A DNA stretch of 62,697 nt, the filler included, from Choristocarpus tenellus KU-1152 (taxonomy: Eukaryota; Protista; Phaeophyceae), in the NCBI GenBank assembly GCA_964200185.2. It is 13 parts of 13 records of this genome, joined end to end, with 100 filler letters (N's around TTAATTAATTAA, not from the genome) between each part and the next. Parts side by side here need not be neighbours in the genome. Positions count along the whole stretch, not along the records: positions 48,850 to 53,656 come from CAXNAD020012986.1; positions 53,757 to 59,895 come from CAXNAD020008850.1; positions 59,996 to 62,697 come from CAXNAD020025502.1; 10 more parts are not named here. The stretch is one strand, 5' to 3'. The position numbers were made by a program, and so were the translations under genes. This document shows positions 51,630 through 62,697 of this stretch, piece by piece; the stretch's first letter is position 1; the number at the start of each line of letters is the position of its first letter. The notes beneath the pieces were generated by a model, which saw nothing but the letters and a program-made list of their open reading frames with translations, had not been told where the DNA came from and ran no database searches.

Positions 51630-52539
51630 CGAAAAAGTAACAGTTGTTATAAATGTGAAAGACATTAATCTATCTACTATTTGGCTACCATCTATGCTAC
51701 ACCACTCCCCTGCTATGCCTCCAACCTAGCTTAGCCCTACACCACAGGGTGAGGAGCTAGGGCAGCATCCCAAGAAGCTGACAGGCCCCTCCTTGCCCAT
51801 CTCCCTGGTGTCTCCAGATTAGACATGTGACATGTCTTGATGGAGCCACTTACGATATGACAGACACTATCTGTCATAAACAGGATTTGGCAGCTCCTTT
51901 CCTGCTGTAGCCTCCTGTCCCTCTCCACCCTACCATGTATGCAACCAACTCGTCCAGAAAACGTCCTGCTTGCTTATCAAGGCACCCAAACCATGAAGGT
52001 GTTAAAGTAAAGAACCCTCGTAGTGGGTGCGCTTTCGCACCTTAGCTGCAGCAGCAACTACACCAATTGCTAATGGATGAGTGGGGTAGATGGGAGGCAG
52101 CTTGCACTTCTGCAAACGTAACATCTAGGGGGGGGGCTTTGTCCTTGCAGGGAGCTGATCCAGCATCCGCAAGTGCCCCAGCATGGAAGATCACATACAC
52201 ACGGAAATTCCTGTCCACTATGAATAGCCTACCGTCCTTCACAGTACAAGGGATGCCCATTCCTTTGAAGAGTTGACTTAGACACTTCACCATTGGTGTG
52301 TATTGGTGGACCTGTCCCCCGGCCCTAGGACAGGTACGAGCAAGTCTAGTGTCCACATTATGCCTCCTGCACCCAGCCACTTGGCACCTGTTGAATAGGG
52401 CCTCCTCCCTCCCTAGGGATCTGTTGGCAGTGAGTCTAAACTCTATGGATTGGAGGGATCTGGCGTGCTGGTTCCAGGCGTTATGTGGAAGTCAATGCAT
52501 TTGCCAATTGCAGTACAGGAGAATAGCTCAAGTTTTTCT

Positions 52540-52820
52540 TCGAGCGCTCTAACCAGCGTGAGAATTTTACACATGTGTGGAACCCCAAAAAAGGGAACTA
52601 CGATTTGCTGAAAGTTGCAGAGTAAGATCTGTAACTTGAGTATATATGCAATATTTGTCAGATTAATCTCAGCGTCTGTAACCTGGAATACAAAAATGAT
52701 GAATAACAGAGATGCCCATCTCTCTATCACTTCTGAAGTTTATACCATATACATATTCTCGTTGACTCAGAAATATACCTTCATCTGCTGACCTGATATT
52801 CACCATCCTTGTTGGTCCTT
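52540..52820 (-). mobile_element. Possible Copia RT fragment inside the CRE-like copy
   Basis: DEGIFLSQREYV resembles the Copia RT GIFLSQxKY motif. Confidence 0.4.
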
Positions 52821-53109
52821 TTGACTGCCGGAGTATCCCAGGAGTCCTGTACAAGCATCAGCGCCATCTATAGGCCTGTGGATTGGAGCCATACATCCCG
52901 TGGAGGTAAGCTTTGGAGCGTGCTGCAATACTTGTCCACACTGGCTCTGGCGACAGGCCAGGGCTAGTGAAGAACTTTCCCTCCCTTGTTCTGTATCATC
53001 TGGTAAGGCGGCCAATTATGTCCGGAAAGAGTTTAACCGAATCCTGTTCAGGAGGAGGATAATCTCATGTTTTGCCCTCCTTGTGGTCCTGACATCACGG
53101 GCTGCTAGA

Positions 53110-53357
53110 GAGTGAACGTATTTTAGAGGGTACGATGCTTGCCCTGTTTGTCCATTTGGGGCTTGGATCCCATGAACATTTTCCTACTCCAAAATGTTTA
53201 GGAGTAGGTAAAATGCATACGTTTTTGAAAAGGTGTGCCCGAAACATAGATATTGACACTTCCTAACAAACACGATAGCCAAAATTACATCAAAATCGCA
53301 TCGTTGGATTTTGACCCCCAAATGGACGCGACTCTACCCTCTAAGATACTTTGACTC
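53110..53357. mobile_element. MITE family A, TSD AGA
   Basis: GAGTGAACGTATTTTAGAGGGTA / TACCCTCTAAGATACTTTGACTC. Confidence 0.9.
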
Positions 53358-54739
53358 AGAGTGTGAATCTCTGGGGCAGGTATAGGGGTTGTTGTTCCCC
53401 CACAAACTACCCAGCCTTGACTAACAATTCCCACAAAGTCTTCTGAAGGGACTCCTGTTGAGAGAGGGTGTGAATGGATTATCCCAGGGCTCTAACTGTG
53501 GGGCTCATACATACGGCTTGTAAGAAAGACTCTCCATGTGACCCTTGTTGCCTTGCCTAGAGGGTGGGGAGTGTGATCTCCAGTTATGGCTCAAAGTATC
53601 TGGGGGGGGGTGGCGGCTGCTCATTTGGGATCAATTTTTTTATGTCGCGGTTTTTGNNNNNNNNNNNNNNNNNNNNNNNNNNNNNNNNNNNNNNNNNNNN
53701 TTAATTAATTAANNNNNNNNNNNNNNNNNNNNNNNNNNNNNNNNNNNNNNNNNNNNGAGGAATAAGAAAATAGGAATGTGCAAATAATAATAATAATCCA
53801 GAATTCGTGAGCAAAGCAAACTGTAAATATACATTTTTGTTCCAACAATGTAAGACTAAAGAACCGCGAATATATGGAAAAGAAGATGCCAACTCAAAGT
53901 TTTGACCCTCTCGCACTAATGAAGAATTAGCGCATTTAGAGTTATATATATTTATATATATACCCCTTCATAATTTTTGTTCCATTTCAACAGGATCGTA
54001 TACATGCATAGAGGTTTCGAGACATATATCAAGAGTGAAAAATTCCGTTTATTAAATATCCGTTTTTGTTTCCGAGAAAAAGGAACACCCCAACTGGCCT
54101 GTTCATAACCACAAAATATATACTATTATATAATAGGGGTAGAACATTCCATAAGGGTGGTTCTTATTGTACGGACAATGGTGTTGTTATACAACCGAAA
54201 AAAGAAGAGATTAAAAGGACCATGCCCTCTTGGTAAAGAGAGGATATGTGTGTATCCCTTACATGAGAATCGTGCTCGTGTGTGGCTATTCCTGTGCGTC
54301 GTACGTTACGCTGAATACCGGGCGTGTCGGAAGGTAAAAAAACGACAAGACTGCCACCTCGTTCAAGGTGATCAGGAGCGTACGGCTGGAGGATGATGTG
54401 AACCGACCACCTAATACCATCCTCTCTCAGCCTGACTCGATGCGCAAAATATTTTCTCTCTCTGTCCCTCCTGTCCTGTTTCGAACGTGCCCACTCGATG
54501 CAGAAATCCCGCGATCAACCGAGAGGCTTGGTACAACCAACTAACGCCACAATGCCTCCAAAGGGAACCAGAAGGTGAGCCCCCATACAAGAAACGTTCG
54601 CCCTTCGTGCAGCCTACACAGGAGTGTCTCTTGATGACCAACATCGCAAACACACAGTCATGATTTAGCGCCTTTGGCGGGTGTTGCGGCTATCATTCGT
54701 CAACGTAGCATGTGTTAGCATGTGGCCGAGATGATACTG

Positions 54740-55240
54740 TACCCACCGCCTGTCTATGGTGGTCATACCAGCATTTTTAGATTCGATGTCCTGGACTCAC
54801 CACCTGTCAATGGTGGTGATATCACCATTATTAGATTCAATGCCCTGCAATTATTCGTGCTCCCAACCATGTACACACCACCTGTCCATGGTGGTGATAC
54901 CTGTGTTTTTAGATTCGTTGTCCTGTGATTATTTGCGTGTCCAACCGTGTACACACCACCTGTCCATGGTGGTGATACCTGTGTCTTTAGATTCGATGTC
55001 CTGTGTTTATTTGTGCTCCCGACCGTGTACACACCAACTGTCAATGGTAGTGGTTCCTGCATTTTTATATTCGACGTGCAGTGATTATTTGCGTGTCCAA
55101 CCGTGTACGCATCACCTGTCCATGGTGGCGATATAACCTTTTCAAATTGAATGCCCTGTGTTTATTATTTGTGCTCTCCCAACCGTCTACCCACCACCTG
55201 TCAATGGTTGTGATACAAGCATTTTTGGATTCGATGCTCT
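54740..55240. repeat. 78-bp minisatellite, 7 units, each with a CACCACC-N7-GGTGGTG hairpin
   Basis: Hairpins start at 54744, 54798, 54876, 54954, 55032, 55110 and 55192. Confidence 0.92.
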
Positions 55241-55492
55241 ATGTTAGAGGGCACGAGTTTTTCCCTGTCTGTCCTTTGGGGCTTGGCTGGCCACAGTTTT
55301 TGAAGGACTTTGTACTTTTGCTCCAAAACATGTTTTGGAGAAGTACAATGTCTACACTATGGAAATGAGTGTTCGGACTTTGGTTATTTACATATCCAAA
55401 AAATAAGGAGGGCAAGAATGACAGCAAAAAAGCAACATTTGAATTCGGTCACACAAAATAAAAGCGGCCCTACCACTAATATATTTCGACCA
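55240..55492. mobile_element. MITE family A, old degenerate copy
   Basis: TTAGAGGGCACGAGTTTTTCCCTGTCTGTCCTTTGGGGCTTGGC... is collinear with family A. Confidence 0.65.
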
Positions 55493-55844
55493 GCACCCAT
55501 GATACCATCCCTAGCCCCGAGAAAAATAAATAACCCACATTTTCAACACTTGTCCAAATCCGCAATTTACAGATTTCACCTCGGATCAAAAATGTAGTCA
55601 TAGAATAAATTCAAAGGCTCCAAGACGAAAGGACTACAGCGAATTCGACCGAACCTTTTCGGAAATTGGAACATGTGATGGGAGTAATCAGACAACTGAT
55701 CCGAAATAGAAGGAGGATTCCACGGTGCAATTTCGCGCACCACGACATCCGTCCGTCCAGGATTGACGTGGTAACACTTCAATACGCGCGTTTAAGGGCT
55801 CCGATACTATTGGAACATTTCCGATAAGGATCAAATCGGAAATG

Positions 55845-56480
55845 TACATACACACCCCCAAACCGTTTTTGCCGTTCTTCGGAATTTAATGGCCTTTACC
55901 GTTGGTCAGAACACATAAAATTCATTGACTATTATCAGCCTTGTGTCAAGCGCAAACCTGCGCGTGATTGCTCTCCCGACATCCAATCCGGGTCAGCACG
56001 TAATTTCCTTTCATCTTCATCTATCACTTTCTCGGCTCGACGTTATGTTTATCTGCTCGGGTTGCTACAATTTCAAATGGACACACACACCCTCGACCGT
56101 CTCGCCGCGCTTTGGAAATAGATGGCATTTACCGTTCGACAGAACACATCAAATTCATTCATCACTGGCTGCCATATGCCAAGCACAGACCTGTGCGCGG
56201 TAGCCCTACATATATCTAACCTGGGTCGGCACGTAAATCCCTTTCACATTCACCTTTCACTTTGGAGATTCGACGTAATGTGTTCCTGCTCAGGAGTACC
56301 ATTTCAAATCTACACATACACACCCCAACGGTATTGCCGCGCTTTGGATATTGATTGTGTACACCGTTCGACAGAACACACATGAAATGCACTCACTATT
56401 GCCCGCCCTATGTCAAGCGCAAACCTGTGCATGATTGCCCCCCCTATATCTGACCTTGGTGTGCGCGTAAATTCCCACCA
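55845..56480. repeat. Degenerate tandem repeat, about 235-bp unit, about 2.7 copies
   Basis: ACACACCC...TACCGTT.G.CAGAACACA...TG(T/C)CAAGC(G/A)CA.ACCTG.GC recurs three times. Confidence 0.8.
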
Positions 56481-56791
56481 GGTTGCATCCGATATTGGTA
56501 CGTATTATTCATATTCATATCCATCCCAAGTCGACCGCGTTAACAGTTTCACATTTCTTGGTAAAGAGCGACATCGCAGGAAAGCGTTACGCCGTCCCCA
56601 TTTCCACGCAATTGCTACGCTCTTTTCATATCTCGTTTGCATAGCCCACGCCCGGACACGAACCCTGCACTCCGTGCAGATCCCGTCAACATTTATCATA
56701 TAGTCCACCACTGTTCATATAAAGACACCCTTCATGTGCTCAGCCAACCGTCGCATCCACCCCGACGTGGACATCGTTGGTCTTTGCTGAT

Positions 56792-57049
56792 GAGTGAAAG
56801 TATCTTAGAGGGTACGATTTTTGCCCTGTTTGTCCTTTTGGGGCTTGGCTTCCCATGAGTTTTTTTATGACATCTTCCTACTCCACAATATTACGGGGTA
56901 GGCAAATTTGTATGTTATGAAATGGTGTGTCCAGAACAAGGATATTGACACTTCCTAACACACCCGATAGCCAGAATTGCATCGATATCACAACATTGTA
57001 TTTTGGCCCCCAAATGGATGCAGCTCTACCCTCTAAGATACTTTGGCTC
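56792..57049. mobile_element. MITE family A, TSD TGAT (4 bp)
   Basis: GAGTGAAAGTATCTTAGAGGGTA / TACCCTCTAAGATACTTTGGCTC. Confidence 0.92.
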
Positions 57050-57249
57050 TGATACCGTTGTCCCAACATTTCTCCTCTGTCTTCACAGACAGCCGGTCAG
57101 AGGCCCAAAAACTAATGACCGGAGGCCCAAAAACTAATGAAGACCAAAAGTACACAGACATCGTAACGTCCAACCTCAGCGCGACCTGCACGATGGACCT
57201 CGCAACGTATGCCTACATGACATAGAGGTATAACCCCAACCTTCTTGAC

Positions 57250-58270
57250 ACCGATATAGTGGAGTCTATGTTCTCCAAGCTAGGGCCGAACCCAGCTGTC
57301 ACTACCGATAGGTTCGTGGGGATCCTGAGTGATCCATCCTTTCCGCAGCCCCTGCATCTTCCTCTGCATCCTGCCCTGCGTACTCCTTCTCACGAACCTC
57401 TATCTCATCCCTTGCCTCCTAACGCTAACACCTCCTCCCGTCGTTTCTAACCCCACTTCGCCATGACTTTTGCCACTCCTCTGCCGTCACAGAGATAACG
57501 CATGTCACAAACATTTTGATCACACCACAGAGAACTTATCGACGTCCGAGCACGACCTCGATAAGTTCAAGTCTGAGACCAGCCTCGCTCACAAGAGAGA
57601 AGTCGCCCTTCTCCAGGCACGACCGGGAGGCCTGGTGATCACATGCACCGCCCTCGGGGACAACCTCGACCCGGATCTTATCAAACTCCTGCAGGACGAG
57701 CTCTCTACATTGACCAATTTTTCACTGGTGAAGACACCGGTAGCTGGTGGCGTATCCACCAGCATACCTTGTGGGAGGCCCTACACCCTAGGTGCTCGAG
57801 AGGAACAAGATAGCCCATCGCCTAGCCCTGCAGTAGGTACGGGAAGCAAGACTCCAGAAAGGGAGAGGCATAAAATCACACCCTCGGAACACGACTCTGA
57901 AGGCGATGGGGGCCGACCCATTGTAACGGATTGTCAGGTCCAGAGGAAATTCCTATGGAGGACATGAGGGGGCGGCTAGGCAAGGACTTGAAGTACACGC
58001 CTGTCAGGAGTGCCACAGCGATGTCCCCGAACGCCCATTCAGTGGACAGAGGTGGAACCGAGTCACAAGTACCAGGGAACTTGTATGACCATAGTGTGAG
58101 GCGAAGTGAGAACCGCGTACAAGCCGATAGTACCACAACCCCGAGGGAGATGCCTTCCGAGAAGGGCAAAGGGAAGCACAAAAGGACCATGATCAGGAAA
58201 AAGAGGGTTAGAGGAGACTCTGAAGACGAGGTGGACCAACCCGTTTGTTTTGACTTTTCAGGTCCAGAGT
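57250..58270 (+). pseudogene. GC-richer broken ORF, probably a TE ORF1/gag remnant
   Basis: Overlapping frameshifted ORFs of 63, 165 and 114 aa between MITEs; no family recognised. Confidence 0.25.
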
Positions 58271-58400
58271 CATAACGTACATATTTTATCTACTCCGATA
58301 TATTTTGGAGTAGGAAAATGTCATTAAAAAACCCCATGGGAAGCCAAGCTCCAAATGGACAAACAGGGCAAAACTCGTACCCTCTAAGATACTTTCTCAC
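58271..58400. mobile_element. MITE family A, half copy
   Basis: CATAACGTACAT...AAACTCGTACCCTCTAAGATACTTTC. Confidence 0.85.
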
Positions 58401-58827
58401 ATATCATACTCACGTACGTTGAGGATCAGACCTGTCTTATCATTTGTTTTTAAAAGCGTGTCTGCTACAATGTTACAGCCCTCAAATATAATACATCGAT
58501 CAAACAACTCTTCTCCATCTGCGCTGCTAACCTTTCCAAACGATTCGCCAGGGGCAGCGATGAATACCCTGTCCTTCTGTGAGCGACTATTTATTCCTCG
58601 TACACTATAACACACCTTCCCCCATTCCTCTCAATACTCTATGCACCACCTCTTGCTTTGCCCAACTGTCGACAAACTAGTTTCGATCAAGTGTAGTCAT
58701 ACGAATCGTAGGGGATCATGTGCCTAAGTCCACCCACGATGCCCCTAACCACAGCACCAACCCAGGACCTGTGGAAGTGTACCTTGAACTACCTTCCTCG
58801 GAACGCACGACAATATTCCTTGACCAA

Positions 58828-59084
58828 TAGTAACGTATCTTAGAGGGTAGGACCCCGTCCATTTGGGGGTCAAATCCAATCTTGTAATTTTGATGTAATT
58901 TTGGCTATCGTGTTTGTTAGGAAGTGTCGATATCCTTCTTCCGGACACACCTTTTCATAACATGTACATTTTACTTACTCCGAAACATTTAGGAGCAGGA
59001 AAATGTCATAAAATACCCCATAGGAAGCCAAGCCCCAAATGAACAAAGGGGGCAAAACTCGTACCTTCTAAGATACTGTCACTC
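58828..59084. mobile_element. MITE family A
   Basis: GTATCTTAGAGGGTAG / GTACCTTCTAAGATACTGTCACTC. Confidence 0.9.
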
Positions 59085-59251
59085 TTAAACACTCGTACAC
59101 ACGTCCATATTCCGTCAACACCTTTTCCCGTACCTCTTACCAACAACTTCAACCCTAACATCCTCAGCGACAACCACATCTTACTACTTACAACATCCAA
59201 CACATGCACACAAACAAACGAAAGTGTTAGATTTAAACTGTGCATGATACA

Positions 59252-59508
59252 GAGCGAAGGTGTCTTAGAGGGCACGAGTTTTGTCCTGCTTGTGCCTTTA
59301 GTGCTTGGCTTCTAACGCCTTTTTCATGACATTTACCTACCTGAAACGTTTCTAAGTAGAAAAATGTATACGTTATGAAAAAGGTGCGTCCAGAACAACG
59401 GTATTGACACTTACTAATAAACACGATAGCCAAATCTACATCAAAATAACAATTTTGGTGTTTGACCTCCATTTCGACACCGCTCTACTCTCTAAGATAC
59501 TTACACTC
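59252..59508. mobile_element. MITE family A, opposite orientation to the preceding copy
   Basis: GAGCGAAGGTGTCTTAGAGGGCA / CTACTCTCTAAGATACTTACACTC. Confidence 0.85.
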
Positions 59509-60668
59509 GGCTCCGTATGTTTTGGTTCCTCGTGCACACGCCGGGATAACAGACCCAAACTGGCAATCGTCTTTGTGTACACACCAGACACGACTGATGC
59601 AAGCAAATAAACGAACAGAGCAACCCCGCAGCAGCCAGTATTACTTTTTTCTATTCCTCAAAAACAATGGGAACACACACCCTAACCGAAAACCCTCTTT
59701 GGGTGCTAACCAAATTCCAGTCATGCGCAACAAAAACAAAAAAATCCAGCCCTGGAACAGCCTAACACGTATCTCTTGTTCTTCATTGTAACTGCGCGAC
59801 CAACACACATAAACGAATAAACCTGTTTGTGAGCAGACTCGACATCCGACACATGCAACTAGGAATGGGATCAAGGTATCTGGGGGAGGTGTCGGNNNNN
59901 NNNNNNNNNNNNNNNNNNNNNNNNNNNNNNNNNNNNNNNTTAATTAATTAANNNNNNNNNNNNNNNNNNNNNNNNNNNNNNNNNNNNNNNNNNNNCCCCC
60001 CGTGGTCTCCTGTTCCAACAACTAAAAAAACCCAGTACAACAATATATTATTATTATTATTATTATTTTATGATTGTTATTATTATTACTATTATAGAGC
60101 CAGTACAGAATACAAAACCAGTGGTGTGCGTGTAAACAAACCTGCAAATCTTCCTATCCCTTCCTATCAAATCTTCCTATCCCTAGCCCTTTGCCATGTT
60201 GAGTTAGACATGTACATACACTACTCTCTAATTCTTGGCATAGATTAAATAATAAAATGCGAGAGACCGGACGAATCAACTACATTAAATAATAAAAAAA
60301 TGAACAAAGTATAAAAAAGTAGAACGATAAAAATCACAAACTAGTAAGAAAACCCCCAAAAAACAAACGTAAAAAAATAAAAATAAAAATCCATGGTTGC
60401 GGCAGCGATACTTTTTAAATGGCACACTAACTCACACCATCATTTGATTCAAAACACCACAGAAATATATATATATATATATATATATGTTGTCAACAGC
60501 AAGTCATTGTCTACGCCTAAATCGCATCACCTGGTTCAAGGATTCACAGACTAGACTATGGCTATGGAGGGGGGGGGGGGGGGGGGGGGGGGTTAAAAAA
60601 TTGACCGATCATGCACAGGGTCCCCCACAGGGGGAAAAAAAACAAAAAAAAAATTCCCTTTTTGGGGT

Positions 60669-60724
<56 letters not shown>

Positions 60725-62697
60725 CAGAATTGACCGATCATGCACATGTTCCACCACATGTGGAAAAAAAGCTAACAATAAATGCTCTTCTTGCAATCGG
60801 AGCAAGCATCATGATGGTGTTGAGAGGAGAAACAGAGGCGATCAAGTACATCAACAACGAAAATAAATACACAGGCACAACAACAGCAACAACGGTACTT
60901 CTAAGGACTGAGGTCCAAAATATGAACCGTGGTCCAATGTATCTGAACCGATCATCTCAGCGGTTCCCCGTTTAGAGTCTAAGAAAATACTGGGTATTAA
61001 CCTGCCACTACAGTCGTGACCCTTGCGGGCCCGGTACAAGATTGATACAAAATTAAAATAAAAAAGAGTTCGATGAAAAAAATATATTTTTTGTTGCTTC
61101 CGAGACTCTTATTGGAACATTCCCAAGAACTTTCCCAATCGTATCTCTTGCATCATTACAAAGTAGAGTACTAATACACCCTCAACCTCTTGACCAGTTC
61201 GTTCTATATCCAGAAACAATTTCGTATGCTCAATATGTGACTCCCTACACGGTTAAGAATTTTCTCCAAAAAGAAAATTCCTACATAAGCCCCCCCCCCC
61301 CCCCCTCCCTCCCCCCCCAAACAAAAACAATTCCCCCACCCCCCCAAACAAAGTGGTTACACAGATTATACAATAGTAATAACAGCACTTTCAAAATCAA
61401 GATGACAAAATAAATCATACAACTGGGAAAGGCGTTCTCATTCACACCTCCCTTCCATCTTGACTACCTCACAACACCTACCCCATTTCACATGCATCAC
61501 TCCTCAACCCCATCATATCATCACAAATATATATAAATATAAAAATACATAATATATATTAAAAAAAAAATCAAAAAAATAAGAGATATGCTATCACATG
61601 CAGCAAGCTCACCATTCCAGCCCGAAAGCTGCTGGAACATTGATGACAGTTGTGACTCACCCCAGCACTCCACCCTCTCTGACACACAGAACAGTCTAAC
61701 AAGAAAAAAAAAACACAATAAAGTTTAAGATAATAAAATATAATAAAATAAAAGTTCAAGAGAGAGTGCGAGTGAGAGGTTGTTGAAGCGATGTTGGACA
61801 GTGGGAGCCCCCTCTGACTGATCTTCCTTTCAAGGCGTTATGTTGTTGGGGCTACTCAGCCCCCAAGAGTGGAGTGCACTCAGTCTGTTTCGTGAGTGAT
61901 GCATTTTGGTGATACATTTAAGTGTAAGTAAGTAAGAGCAAATGTTCATATTAACCTCTTGCCCAACCTGCAACGATCATGTTCATATTAACCTCTTTGA
62001 ACGAAAGTCTTCATCTCCCTTTATTTATTTATTTTAAAACAAAACAAAACAAAACAAAACTGTCCAAAAACACACACACACACACATACAATTTCTTCCC
62101 CTGTGATTTAGAGACTACTTTGACTCAGAGGAGAGCCTTGTGTGCAATGAGGTAGACTTAGCCACACTAAATATAGATCTTACCAATTAGCTGTGTTCAA
62201 CATAATATATACAGACAACTGCCCTAATCGGAATAAGTCAAACACCCTAACCCTAACCCCTTGTACTGGGCACAGTACATCAAAGAAAAAATGAAGTTTA
62301 ACAAAAAAAAAAGTACTCCAATCCATTCCCTCAGGAAGTGAAATCACCGGGAATAGAAGCCACCTTCAACAAAACAACAAAAATCACTAAAGCAAAAGTC
62401 TCACACCGACACAGGTCATCCGACTCCCCCAGGTATGGCAGCAAGAGCTCGGTCTTCAAGCATTCTTCTGGAAGCACAGAGTGGCATTATACATACTCCA
62501 ACAGCTCAAAATATCGTAAAAATTGTCATCATCAACAGCAGCATGCAGCAGCAGCAGCAGCAGCAATACCCTTCACGTTCCAATATCAATCCAACTCCAC
62601 ACAGGCAAAAGGAGGTATAAGAGCTATGGGTGACATTGAAGGGCATTCTTAATCTGCAAGGAAAGGGTGAGGGGGGGGGGGGGGAAAGACACCTCTC

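Larger units (their letters stand above)
51373..53580 (-). mobile_element. Longest CRE-like (zinc finger + RLE) retroposon copy, with nested insertions
   Basis: 3' terminus CTGACACATCTGGAAATTTTCAGAGGGCATAATA; RC.VAGC...DTR.ARTCPRAGGQVHQ zinc-finger-like region; FHAGALADAG...LDVTFAE RLE motif. Confidence 0.8.

Noticed and set aside
54740-55240. CRISPR array
   Set aside because: The would-be spacers are homologous to each other, there are no cas genes, and the context is eukaryotic
17101-59472. Recurrent short ORFs such as SILEGR.AS..GPK / LEGTSFA.FVHLGLGF as a small-protein family
   Set aside because: They are chance translations of MITE family A copies, with inconsistent starts and stops
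60487-60975. Gly-rich or Pro-rich ORFs
   Set aside because: They arise from G homopolymers and a local duplication, with no coding evidence

Overview
This is not one continuous locus. It is 13 short contigs (about 2.7-11 kb each) joined by 12 artificial 100-bp spacers (44 N + TTAATTAATTAA + 44 N), so nothing can be inferred across the spacers. The DNA is eukaryotic, intron-rich and dense in transposons. I infer a brown alga or close stramenopile from Ectocarpus-type RTE and CRE/RLE retroposon peptides and a 72-nt phase-1 LRR exon. Recognisable host exons belong to DNA ligase IV (3 exons), an ALDH22-like aldehyde dehydrogenase (last 2 exons), a G-patch protein like GPATCH11 (3 exons), a CCDC22-like coiled-coil protein (2 exons) and an LRR gene. 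Most of the remainder is mobile DNA: about 20 MITE copies in three families sharing G(A/G)(G/C)TCAAAGTA termini with mixed 3- and 4-bp target duplications, CRE-like RLE retroposon copies ending in a 3' stem-loop and (TAA)n tail, a decayed RTE LINE, and Gypsy, Copia and mariner remnants. There are also foldback elements, minisatellites and interstitial (TAACCC)n runs. Most ORFs in the supplied track are spurious. I found no CRISPR array, prokaryotic operon or intact novel multi-gene system. The best leads are the shared-terminus MITE system, the telomere-repeat-studded LRR exon region and a 5'-to-5' fused retroposon pair. All protein assignments come from motif recognition, not database searches.
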